Assembly: GCA_008080745.1 (NCBI GenBank)
Contig: SHMX01000001.1
Location: forward strand, 1 to 32,000
Length of the DNA stretch: 32,000 nt
From: Candidatus Thorarchaeota archaeon
GTDB taxonomy: Archaea > Asgardarchaeota > Thorarchaeia > Thorarchaeales > Thorarchaeaceae
Direction of reading: 5' to 3'
The translations under genes and the position numbers were made by a program. Position 1 is the first letter of the stretch; each line of letters opens with the position of its first letter. The notes below the pieces were generated by a model. It was not told the DNA's origin. It worked only from the letters and a program-made list of their open reading frames with translations, and did no database searches. Shown piece by piece: positions 10,321 through 18,560 of this stretch.

Positions 10321-11463
10321 ATGCGAATCGAAGACCTCCCTACACCAGCTCTACTTCTAGACAAAGAACGTCTGCACAGCAACATTGAAGGAATGGCGAA
10401 GAAGATTAGAGAATTTGGAGTTGCCTTACGTCCCCATATTAAGACACATAAATGTATCAATATTGCAGAAATTCAACGTGAAAAAGGTGCAGAGGGTATT
10501 ACAGTTTCAAGTCTGTTTGAGGCCAAGAAATTTGCGGAGGCAGGATTTAGGGACATCTCCTATGCAGTTCCCTTGACTCCAAACAAAATACAATTAGTTA
10601 ATGAAATAAGAGAGAAGACTAAATTGACTGTTCTTCTTGACAGCTCAATAATAGTTCAGAAATTGGATAATAAGCAAGAAGAGACAAAAGAGAAGCTTCC
10701 CGTTATGGTGAAAATTGATTGTGGATATCATCGTAGTGGTGTTGATCCAACGGCACCAGAAGCGATTCATTTGGTGAAAAAGATTGATCAATCAAAGAAC
10801 CTGAAATTTGAGGGTATAATGACTCATGCAGGCCATTCATATTATGCAACATCATTGCATGAGATTCAACAAATAGCTATTCAAGAGCAGCAAATAATGA
10901 TTGACTTTGCTCAACGTCTGAAGAAGGAAGATGCAAATCTATATCCCGAAGTGATTAGTATAGGATCAACGCCAACCATAGCAGTAACAGATGAAATCAA
11001 GGAAGGAATTACTGAGGTTCGTCCTGGGAACTATGTATTCTACGATTATACACAAGGAGATCTTGGAACATGTGATTTTGTTGATTGTGCCCTCACTGTT
11101 GCTTCATCGGTCCTGAGTAGTTTTCCAACTAGATTAGTACTTGATGCAGGAGCAACTACCCTCTCTAAGGACCTTGGCCCGACTCAGATCAATCAAGGTG
11201 AATATTATGGACAAGTCATTGACGATTATGAATCAATGTCCTTTAGCGATAGCATACGTATTACTTCTCTATCACAAGAACATGGGAAATGTCTGCTTGT
11301 AAGAAAAGACCTTGTTCCCGAGGCAGGGGAGATGCTCAGAATTCTACCCAACCATTCTTGTTTGACCGCGAATCTATTTGATTACTATTATGTTGTAGAA
11401 AAAGAAAATGTAGTGGACCGCTGGAAAATCCAACGCGGTCACTTTACAATTCCTATCGAGTGA
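10321..11463 (+). CDS. PLP-dependent D-threonine aldolase / D-serine dehydratase (DSD1)-family enzyme, fold type III
   Basis: Motifs TPALLLD, LRPHIKTHK (Schiff-base Lys), GYHRSGV, THAGHSY, SIGSTPT, EVRPGNYVFYD, LDAG...LSKD, SQEHG and PNHSCLT. Confidence 0.9.
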   Translation: MRIEDLPTPALLLDKERLHSNIEGMAKKIREFGVALRPHIKTHKCINIAEIQREKGAEGITVSSLFEAKKFAEAGFRDISYAVPLTPNKIQLVNEIREKTKLTVLLDSSIIVQKLDNKQEETKEKLPVMVKIDCGYHRSGVDPTAPEAIHLVKKIDQSKNLKFEGIMTHAGHSYYATSLHEIQQIAIQEQQIMIDFAQRLKKEDANLYPEVISIGSTPTIAVTDEIKEGITEVRPGNYVFYDYTQGDLGTCDFVDCALTVASSVLSSFPTRLVLDAGATTLSKDLGPTQINQGEYYGQVIDDYESMSFSDSIRITSLSQEHGKCLLVRKDLVPEAGEMLRILPNHSCLTANLFDYYYVVEKENVVDRWKIQRGHFTIPIE

Positions 11464-12163
11464 GACGATTGGTCACTATATGTCCACAATATGGACAAGT
11501 TTCTTCCTCGCCAGGAAGAATTGGGTTAGGTAGTTTCCCTGAACAATTTGGACATGCTGTTATCGCTTTTGGCATCTCAGCAACAGCTTCAGAAGTATAG
11601 ACAATCCCAGAGTTCTCATCGATTACACCTCGGAATTTTCCTTCTTCAGAGAGTTCTTTCAGTGCCTCAATAATTTGAATTTCGGTAGCATTAGTGACCT
11701 CAGCAATCTGATGAAATGTCATTCGTCTTTGAGCAAATAGAAGATGAAGAATACTTTCCTTCAGACTTACAGCACTAGGGCTAACCAGTTCACTTGAACG
11801 TTGATCCAGATAAACCAAAGGGAGTCGTCTTTTGGATAATTTCTCAGCTGCTTCCACGACAAGTTCTTGGTCCACATCAAGTTCTCTTGCTACTGAATCG
11901 ACGGCAATTCTTCCTTCGCGCTGTACAATTCTAATCAGTGTTCCAGTGATATCTCCAACTTTCGCTTCTCGAGTACCTCGAATAATTAAATATAGACCAA
12001 TAATGACTCCAGGAAATCCAATAATTGCCCATGAAGTCAGTGTATAGAATAATACGTCTGAACCACTTACTAGCTCCGAAGCACTCTGATAGGTGATGGG
12101 TATCAATGCAAGTCCTACAAGAAGTAAAACCAAACCGAGTATTTGAGAAATTCTTCCCTTCAT
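11453..12163 (-). CDS. Membrane protein: 2 N-terminal TM helices, two PCI-like winged-helix domains and a C-terminal zinc ribbon
   Basis: Two hydrophobic helices in the first ~60 aa. WH-like segments RIAVDSVARELDVDQELV...VYLDQRSSELV and RMTFHQIAEVTN...LSEEGKFRGVIDENSGIV. CPNC...CPYC pair at the C-terminus. Confidence 0.7.
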   Translation of the reverse strand: MKGRISQILGLVLLLVGLALIPITYQSASELVSGSDVLFYTLTSWAIIGFPGVIIGLYLIIRGTREAKVGDITGTLIRIVQREGRIAVDSVARELDVDQELVVEAAEKLSKRRLPLVYLDQRSSELVSPSAVSLKESILHLLFAQRRMTFHQIAEVTNATEIQIIEALKELSEEGKFRGVIDENSGIVYTSEAVAEMPKAITACPNCSGKLPNPILPGEEETCPYCGHIVTNRLTR

Positions 12164-12289
12164 CTTTCTCGCTCCATGAAGAACATTACTTTTCTCAAGT
12201 TATACATTACGCTTCCTAGAAATTTCAAAAAATAAGATATACGAATAGTTTTTGTTACTTTGTTACAGCAAACAAAATGGTGATTTCTT

Positions 12290-12802
12290 TTGGGAAAGAT
12301 CACGAAATCTATGATAACTGATTTTGACGAATTCAAAAAGGCTTGGGAAAAAGATGCTGGAAAACCCGAGAATACCATTTTGTATTATTTAATTGCCGCT
12401 CTAAATCTTGAGAAGGATAAAGACAAGGCAGAGGACATGATGACAGTAGTATTGACCAAGAATGATCTACGAGAAGATGGTAGTTCTCCTACTGGATACA
12501 AACTCGGGAATAGAGCGAGTTATTTTGTTGGACAGTTTTTGGAAAGTAAGAATAATGCACGATCCTATGTTGGTGGTACTAATGAGAATAACTACCAGAT
12601 AGATTGGGATAATCTGACCCTTACTTTAGTCCGAAAACAAGATCATATGGGTGGTGTAAAGATATTTGTGCACAGTGGTGGCCGAGATAATCCGGTACCC
12701 TGCCAACTGAAGAAGAACAAAAATGGGCAATGGAAACTCACGGAATACAGCTCTCTGTGCATGGACGTAAAGAGACCCCAGTCTGAGGTTGATGACTTCT
12801 GA
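12290..12802 (+). CDS. Conserved hypothetical soluble protein resembling the DUF6935 type
   Basis: 170-aa ORF with a TTG start preceded by GGTGA (12279-12283). Motifs ARSYVGGTNENNY and VHSGGRDNPVP...NGQWKL resemble what I recall of DUF6935; assignment from memory only. Confidence 0.55.
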   Translation: MGKITKSMITDFDEFKKAWEKDAGKPENTILYYLIAALNLEKDKDKAEDMMTVVLTKNDLREDGSSPTGYKLGNRASYFVGQFLESKNNARSYVGGTNENNYQIDWDNLTLTLVRKQDHMGGVKIFVHSGGRDNPVPCQLKKNKNGQWKLTEYSSLCMDVKRPQSEVDDF

Positions 12803-12828
12803 TTTAGTGATTTTCATATGTAAATATT

Positions 12829-12870
12829 ACAGCCTCGGTGAATTCATCACAAAAAGAGGCTGTTCTTTTG
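12829..12870 (+). terminator. Stem-loop plus T-tract terminator candidate
   Basis: acagcctc (12829-12836) pairs with gaggctgt (12856-12863), with an inner gtga/tcac stem, followed by tcttttgttttct. Confidence 0.55.
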
Positions 12871-13013
12871 TTTTCTACCACTTAACCTTTACTCATCTAT
12901 CTAACCAAAACAGCAATATCTAAGTATTACTTCTGCTATACAGAGGCGAAGTATTTATCTAGTATCTTTCATTATTTCGTTTCAAACACCCTGAAGGACG
13001 TTGTGATTCAAAA

Positions 13014-13430
13014 ATGGTAATTGATCGTGAGGGAGCCACGTCGGCTATAATCCTACACTTTTCACCTGGAAAACCCGTTGAGTTTCCAGCGGAATTCGTC
13101 GCTGACATCGGGGAAAAGGCAGCTCTATCAGTGCTGCATCATAAAGACCGAGTATTGAAGGTGTTTCCTGTTGCGTCTGATGATATCTATCTTCTGCGCA
13201 TCGAAATATCGGATCTATCTAGGAACTTCTTGAAGCAACTGAATTTTGCCTTCAACGATGCCAAACTAAGCGACATCATCTTCACAACTGGTGTATGCCT
13301 GAGAGGCGAGAAATGCTTTTACGAATGCTACTTCGTCCCAGACCAACTAGTGGTCTCACTGAAAGAACTCGAAGAGAGTTTGACTACAATACCCGGTGTA
13401 TCACGAGTTACTCTGAAAAAAGTGGACTGA
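13014..13430 (+). CDS. Probable AbrB-like + ACT-domain small regulatory protein
   Basis: The N-half has an AbrB-like pattern (VEFPAEFVADIG...VLKVFPV). The C-half has an ACT-like beta-alpha-beta pattern (LLRIEISDLSRNFLKQL...IIFTTG...ELEESLTTIPGVSRVTL). This two-domain layout is known in archaeal regulators. Confidence 0.55.
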   Translation: MVIDREGATSAIILHFSPGKPVEFPAEFVADIGEKAALSVLHHKDRVLKVFPVASDDIYLLRIEISDLSRNFLKQLNFAFNDAKLSDIIFTTGVCLRGEKCFYECYFVPDQLVVSLKELEESLTTIPGVSRVTLKKVD

Positions 13431-13573
13431 CCTTACGGCAATACCAATGTGAAGGGGAACAGATTAATTCTTACCCGTGTGGGACCAACCAGACGGGTTA
13501 CTTAATCTCTTAGTGAGTATGAGGTCAAACGAAGTAATAATGGGCTGATCTGTTTTTGTGTTTCGAAGAATGG

Positions 13574-13608
13574 AAAAAAAATAGAGTGAGTTAGATAACC
13601 AACTCACT
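13574..13608 (-). terminator. Hairpin plus T-run terminator of the RIO operon (minus strand)
   Basis: agtgagtt (13585-13592) pairs with aactcact (13601-13608). On the minus strand this is followed by a run of 8 T (A-run at 13574-13581 on +). It overlaps the stop of the 48-aa ORF. Confidence 0.55.
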
Positions 13609-13737
13609 TTCGATTTCATCTGTAGAACTTAGCTCTTCTATAATATAACGAGCAGCAATGATTTTTTCTGGTAAGGATGATTCAGTGCTGACTTGTTTGG
13701 TATGAATAGATTTACGTGTAACACAATCTGATTTCAT
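13591..13737 (-). CDS. 48-aa small protein (not in the ORF track), MKSDCVTRKSIHTKQVSTESSLPEKIIAARYIIEELSSTDEIESELVI
   Basis: ATG at 13737-13735 is preceded by a perfect GGAGGTGA (13749-13742) formed by the last codons and stop of the upstream wHTH gene. Open frame to TAA at 13593-13591, followed by a terminator-like structure. Confidence 0.7.
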   Translation of the reverse strand: MKSDCVTRKSIHTKQVSTESSLPEKIIAARYIIEELSSTDEIESELVI

Positions 13738-13741
13738 GAAT

Positions 13742-14029
13742 TCACCTCCGGGTAATCATCATCAGTTGTGTACCGATGATAGAGTCTTGTCCATTCTTTT
13801 GCACAACTTCGTAGATGCCATCATTGTTTGGGGTGTATAATGGCCTCCGCATATCAGCTAGATTAGGTACCTTCTTTGCCAGCTTTGCTTTAACTAATCG
13901 TCGCAATGCAAAGCTGACGGTACGAGGAGCTAAACTTGAGCACTCGCTGATGTCTTGAGGACACATGGGACCCCTAAGTGACAAATGTCTTAGAACGATG
14001 ACAGCACTTCTTGGTAAAGCTTTGGTCAA
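13742..14029 (-). CDS. Winged helix-turn-helix transcriptional regulator (archaeal MarR/TrmB-like)
   Basis: LPRSAVIVLRHLSLRGPMCPQDISECSSLAPRTVSFALRRLVKAKLAKKVPNLADMRRPLY matches the archaeal wHTH pattern LPxSAxxV...RTVxxALxxL...N..D.R...Y. TTG start with GGAGGT at 14042-14037. Confidence 0.85.
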   Translation of the reverse strand: MTKALPRSAVIVLRHLSLRGPMCPQDISECSSLAPRTVSFALRRLVKAKLAKKVPNLADMRRPLYTPNNDGIYEVVQKNGQDSIIGTQLMMITRR

Positions 14030-14041
14030 TACTGTTACCTC

Positions 14042-14872
14042 CTAAACTAATTCTAGACCCTCCGGTACGAGCTCTCTGTAGTGTCTCTTGTTGTCGGGAA
14101 TATAGGATTCCAAGAACACCTCCAGTATACTCTCGGGGTCTCGGGATATATCGTACTGTTCAAAGTACGAGAGCACATTTTCAATATCACGTAGAAGCAT
14201 CTTCTCTATCTTGAGCATATTGCAATGTTTATCCACCTTCTCAGCTTGTGGTACATCAATAATCCACGGTCGGTCTTGCCAGAACAGGATATTGTATTGA
14301 CTGAGATCTCCATGGACATGGTGTACATCTCTATACATGATGAGATAATCGTCGAAGATCTGATTCATCACACGCTCTGGCTCTTCTAAGGTGATTTCTC
14401 GGAGTTGAGGAGCTGGTACTTCTCCATCTCCAATGAATCTCATTGATACAAAATTGCCAATGCGTCCTATAGGAGTAGGAACATGGGCTCCAGCTTTGAA
14501 GAGAGTAGATAGAAGGTCATACTCCAAGACTGCCAAAGACTCAATCATATCGGTTATAACATAAGATCGCTTTGCTGTCCCAGGAGCCACATATCCCTTC
14601 GATTTTGAAAGAGAATGAGATGAATGCCAAATTCGATAGACCTTCAAGATGATTGGATGATTTTTCCATAAGGCAAGGAATATAGATGCTTCTTTACCAG
14701 CACTCATTTGATAGAGTACGTCGGTAGCCAATCCATATTTCAGAGCTATTCTCTTGACCATATCAAAGGATATCTCTTCAATCTGGGTCTTTCCATCACG
14801 AAGGAGTTCCGATTGCAAGATACTCTTCTTCAGAGGATTGTGTTTCTCTACGGGTCCGCCCACCATAATCAC
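14042..14872 (-). CDS. RIO-family atypical Ser/Thr kinase/ATPase (no N-terminal winged helix)
   Basis: Motifs AGKEASIF, ILKVYR, E(Y)DLLSTLFKAGAHVPTP, MRFIG, VHGDLSQYNIL (catalytic loop) and IIDVPQA (metal-binding loop). Confidence 0.92.
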   Translation of the reverse strand: MIMVGGPVEKHNPLKKSILQSELLRDGKTQIEEISFDMVKRIALKYGLATDVLYQMSAGKEASIFLALWKNHPIILKVYRIWHSSHSLSKSKGYVAPGTAKRSYVITDMIESLAVLEYDLLSTLFKAGAHVPTPIGRIGNFVSMRFIGDGEVPAPQLREITLEEPERVMNQIFDDYLIMYRDVHHVHGDLSQYNILFWQDRPWIIDVPQAEKVDKHCNMLKIEKMLLRDIENVLSYFEQYDISRDPESILEVFLESYIPDNKRHYRELVPEGLELV

Positions 14873-15075
14873 AACCTGTGATCACAGCTCGGACAATGAT
14901 TCTTTGTATTTGTTTGCAACTTTTTGTTCACTCTCATTGCTGAGCATTCACGCGTCTATATTCATAGCACAAAATATCTGAAAACCAGTAAATACCTGAA
15001 CCTCTAGCTGGAATCCCTAGAATCAACAGTCCGACGCGTAATAGAGAGTTGAAAACTGAGAAGTAGCACGAGTCC

Positions 15076-15138
15076 TTAGACTCTCACAACGAGAGTGCAG
15101 GTACCTACTACGTTGGTTATTTGAATGTTGACTGTCAT
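15076..15138 (-). CDS. Putative 20-aa leader/small ORF, MTVNIQITNVVGTCTLVVRV
   Basis: ATG at 15138-15136 lies 9 nt after AAGGAGGTG (15156-15148). TAA at 15078-15076. A TATA-like ctatatag with an upstream purine run sits at ~15193-15208 on the minus strand. Confidence 0.45.
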   Translation of the reverse strand: MTVNIQITNVVGTCTLVVRV

Positions 15139-15244
15139 TAAGACCTACACCTCCTTCTTTATCGAAGCATTATCCCTAGTTCCAAGGGTTTACTATATAG
15201 GTTTTTCCTGTAAGGCAATCATTTGCTTAGTTTTCCAGCGTTTA

Positions 15245-16660
15245 TTACTCGTTATTTTCTAGTTCCTTTACGGGATTGGTTTCTTCAACATATTTCCAAA
15301 GCATATATACACCAATTAGACCAAGAAACGAAGCTAACCAGAACGGTACAACAAGTCCCTCGATAATAAACGGACCAATAGGAAACAACATCAACGAGAA
15401 ATATCCAAACAGCCACCCTCCAGCAAGGGGGCCAATTGTAGCTCCAGCATTGAAGAAGGCTTGAATGGTACCAAACAACTTACCTCTTAGATTCCATGGA
15501 ACAACATCAGCTTGAATCGCACGCATAGCAGGCTGAGAAACTGCAAAAGAAGCATTCTGAGCAACCCAAAATACACTGGTTTGCGCCAAATTGGCTGTGA
15601 GGGGAAGTGCAAAATAGCTCACCCGTGCGGTGGCAGCACCCCATACTGCAAGTCCTTTTCTGCCTTTTTTATCAGCATATCTACCAGCAGGAATGGAAAA
15701 GAGCATACCGATAGCCCCAGCCCCAGATATCACTAGGCCAATAAGACCGATATCAGTCGTAATCTTGCTCATGAGGAATAATTGAAAGATTGGTTGACCG
15801 AGACCCATAGCAATCCCATTCATTACCGCCATCACATATAGCGCATGAATCATCTTTCTTGTTCGATCATTCATTTCCGTGTCTTCTACCTCTCCAATAT
15901 CGTCAATTAGAGATTTATCATGAATTATTGGTTCGGATTTATCTACTTCTTCATTAGACTCACCAGTAGACTGCGTCTTCCCTGGAGAGGTCTCATTGAG
16001 AACAATTGCAGTCAGAATAGCCGCTGGTAACGTGATTAGGGCTGCAATAAAGTAGGGTACACGGAAAACATCAGGAACAGGAAGCAGAAGAATATCTCTA
16101 CAGAAATTATAGAGGAGGCCACCTAATCCAGGACCTGCAATAAAACCTACGTTAGAAACCACCATGTAGAGACCTAATCCTTCCCCTCTTCTTTCAATAC
16201 CTATGATATCCATGAGAGCTGCTTCAGCAACCGGCCAAGTCATGGCAGACACTACACCTTGGAGTGCTCTGATAATTAACATATGAATCCAATTCTGAGC
16301 TAGACCAAAGAGTAATAGTAGGACAACATATCCTAGCAATCCAGTATTTAGGATGGGCTTTCTGCCAAAGGTATCACTAACTCCACCCCAATATCGAGCG
16401 AGAAGAGTTCTCGTACCCATGAATGATGCCATCATTACTCCAAGTATCAAAGAGAACTCAGCAACAATCTCAGGAGGTATGATATACTCTGGTCCAGGGG
16501 GTTGGGTCAATTGTCCTTCAAGCGCAAACAGGTAAAAAGACATAGAGGGAGCAATGATACCAAATCCAAGCATGATAAGCATAGCATCAAGCGCAATAAT
16601 CATGACTTTTGGATTAGTGTAAAGCTTCTGGGTTGTTGGAACAGAAACAATCTCACTCAT
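15245..16660 (-). CDS. MFS transporter (DHA1/TetA-like drug:H+ antiporter type)
   Basis: About 12 TM helices. Motif A occurs twice (GGVSDTFGRK, GRYADKKGRK), with IRALQG, a motif C-like segment (GFIAGPGLGG) and an acidic central loop. Confidence 0.92.
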   Translation of the reverse strand: MSEIVSVPTTQKLYTNPKVMIIALDAMLIMLGFGIIAPSMSFYLFALEGQLTQPPGPEYIIPPEIVAEFSLILGVMMASFMGTRTLLARYWGGVSDTFGRKPILNTGLLGYVVLLLLFGLAQNWIHMLIIRALQGVVSAMTWPVAEAALMDIIGIERRGEGLGLYMVVSNVGFIAGPGLGGLLYNFCRDILLLPVPDVFRVPYFIAALITLPAAILTAIVLNETSPGKTQSTGESNEEVDKSEPIIHDKSLIDDIGEVEDTEMNDRTRKMIHALYVMAVMNGIAMGLGQPIFQLFLMSKITTDIGLIGLVISGAGAIGMLFSIPAGRYADKKGRKGLAVWGAATARVSYFALPLTANLAQTSVFWVAQNASFAVSQPAMRAIQADVVPWNLRGKLFGTIQAFFNAGATIGPLAGGWLFGYFSLMLFPIGPFIIEGLVVPFWLASFLGLIGVYMLWKYVEETNPVKELENNE

Positions 16661-16838
16661 TAGGGTCCCTCATACCGCCAATCATATCAACCAGCAAATA
16701 TAGCTGTGGATAAACGCCAAATTGGAATGTCAACAGGGAAGCATTTATCTTCTAAATCTCGCGCGGTCCTACGTTTTCCGTTTAGGAAAGTGTTGTACAC
16801 CAATCGGAAAGCAATAGGCAATACAAGGGAAGAGAACA

Positions 16839-18560
16839 ATGCCAGACCCACGAAATCCACTCATAGTTCAATCAGACAAGTCAGTACTTCTCGAGGTTGA
16901 TAATCCTCTTTATGAAGATGCACGAGATTCTCTCGCGCGATTTGCTGAACTTGTAAAGAGTCCAGAATATGTTCATACCTATAGAGTAACACCACTCAGC
17001 CTATGGAATGCTGCTGCAATGGGTATGACTCCAAATGATGTTATCGAGGCTCTGGAAAAGTATGCTAAATATCCTATCCCAGGAAACATCTCACGAGAAA
17101 TAGTAGATTACATGAGCAGATATGGAATGCTCTCCTTATACAAAGAGGGGCCAGATTTACTGCTATTATGTGATAATCAAGATCTTGCGGAAGAAATCGG
17201 AGCTAGTAAAAAAGTTCAAGAATTCATTATCGACAGAGTGGATGCTACAACTTTCAGAGTAGATGCTAGGCAACGGGGATTTCTCAAGTATGCTTTGATT
17301 GAGATAGGACATCCAGTAGAGGATCTTGCAGGGTATATTGAAGGTGAACCTTTACATTTCGAGCTCCGAGAAAAAACACTTGGTGGCAAAGACTTTGATC
17401 TTAGAAGCTACCAAAAAGATGCTGTGGCGATATTTTATGCAGGTGGTGGAGAAAGAGGTGGATCAGGTGTTGTGGTTCTCCCCTGTGGTGCTGGCAAAAC
17501 TATGGTAGGCATTGGAGCAATGGAAAAACTCCAAACATCAACGATAATTCTATGTCCAAATGTTGTAGCAGTTAGACAGTGGATAACAGAGCTCTTGGAT
17601 AAGACAACCTTGACGCCCGACCAAATAGGAGAATATACCGGAGCAAGCAAAGAAGTACGTCCTGTTACGGTTGCTACTTATCAAATTTTGACCTGGCGTG
17701 ACTCACGGAAATCAGATTTCGAACACTTTGGTATATTCGAAGCACGGAATTGGGGGCTAATAATATACGATGAAGTTCATCTTCTTCCAGCTCCCGTTTT
17801 CAGAGTAACTGCTACGATTCAGGCCACTCGGAGATTGGGTCTAACCGCCACTTTAGTCAGAGAGGATGGTAAAGAGGAAGATGTGTTCAGTCTTATTGGT
17901 CCCAAGCGATTTGACATGCCATGGAAACAATTGGAAGATCAAGGGTGGATTGCAACAGCCATATGTTATGAGATTAGGATTGATTTAGATGATAGCCTAC
18001 GACGGAAATACGCATTAGCAGATGACAGACGGAAATATCGGATTGCTGCTGAGAATCCAATTAAGATTGATATCATCAAAGAATTAGTAGAACATCACAA
18101 AGAAGACAATATTCTAGTAATTGGAATGTATCTACGACAGTTGAATCAAATCTCTGAAGAAATTGATGCTCCGCTCATTACGGGTAAGACGCCAAATGAG
18201 GAGCGAGAGCGACTATACAAAGCCTTTAGAGAAGGAAAAGAGAAAGTACTAGTGGTTTCTAAGGTAGCCAACTTTGCGATAGACCTTCCAGATGCTAATG
18301 TTGCTATCCAAGTTTCAGGTACTTTCGGTTCCAGACAAGAGGAGGCACAGAGATTAGGACGAATTCTTAGGCCAAAGACAGATGGTAGTTTTGCGAGGTT
18401 CTATTCAATTATAACGAAAGACACTAGAGATATGGATTTTGCTGCCAAACGTCAACTGTTCCTAACAGAACAGGGATATCAATATGTGATAGCATCAGGT
18501 GATGAACAGATCTGGAAAAAACCACCCGAATCATTCTTTGAACCATCAAGACTCGGGTGA
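16839..18560 (+). CDS. xpb: XPB/Rad25 (ERCC3-like) SF2 DNA helicase/translocase, long form with N-terminal Helicase_C_3-type domain
   Basis: N-terminal PLIVQSDKSVLLEV...HTYRVTPLSLWNA domain. Walker A LPCGAGKT, DEVH, LTATLVREDG (XPB RED motif), FAIDLPDANV and motif VI QRLGRILR. Confidence 0.95.
   Translation: MPDPRNPLIVQSDKSVLLEVDNPLYEDARDSLARFAELVKSPEYVHTYRVTPLSLWNAAAMGMTPNDVIEALEKYAKYPIPGNISREIVDYMSRYGMLSLYKEGPDLLLLCDNQDLAEEIGASKKVQEFIIDRVDATTFRVDARQRGFLKYALIEIGHPVEDLAGYIEGEPLHFELREKTLGGKDFDLRSYQKDAVAIFYAGGGERGGSGVVVLPCGAGKTMVGIGAMEKLQTSTIILCPNVVAVRQWITELLDKTTLTPDQIGEYTGASKEVRPVTVATYQILTWRDSRKSDFEHFGIFEARNWGLIIYDEVHLLPAPVFRVTATIQATRRLGLTATLVREDGKEEDVFSLIGPKRFDMPWKQLEDQGWIATAICYEIRIDLDDSLRRKYALADDRRKYRIAAENPIKIDIIKELVEHHKEDNILVIGMYLRQLNQISEEIDAPLITGKTPNEERERLYKAFREGKEKVLVVSKVANFAIDLPDANVAIQVSGTFGSRQEEAQRLGRILRPKTDGSFARFYSIITKDTRDMDFAAKRQLFLTEQGYQYVIASGDEQIWKKPPESFFEPSRLG

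Noticed and set aside
13428-13505. Selenocysteine read-through of the TGA ending the AbrB/ACT gene, with the downstream hairpin as a SECIS
   Set aside because: The hairpin lacks the RUGA/GA quartet, the domain appears complete at the TGA, and the extension (PYGNTNVKGNRLILTRVGPTRRVT) has no redox-motif context.
14927-15053. Match to a known riboswitch such as c-di-AMP/ydaO
   Set aside because: Only a few scattered words resemble the consensus and the conserved core could not be located.
15076-15138. Resemblance of MTVNIQITNVVGTCTL to the start of a TATA-binding protein repeat (I.I.NVVAS..L)
   Set aside because: No downstream frame continues with TBP-like sequence such as YEPEQFPG. Most likely a coincidental beta-strand pattern.
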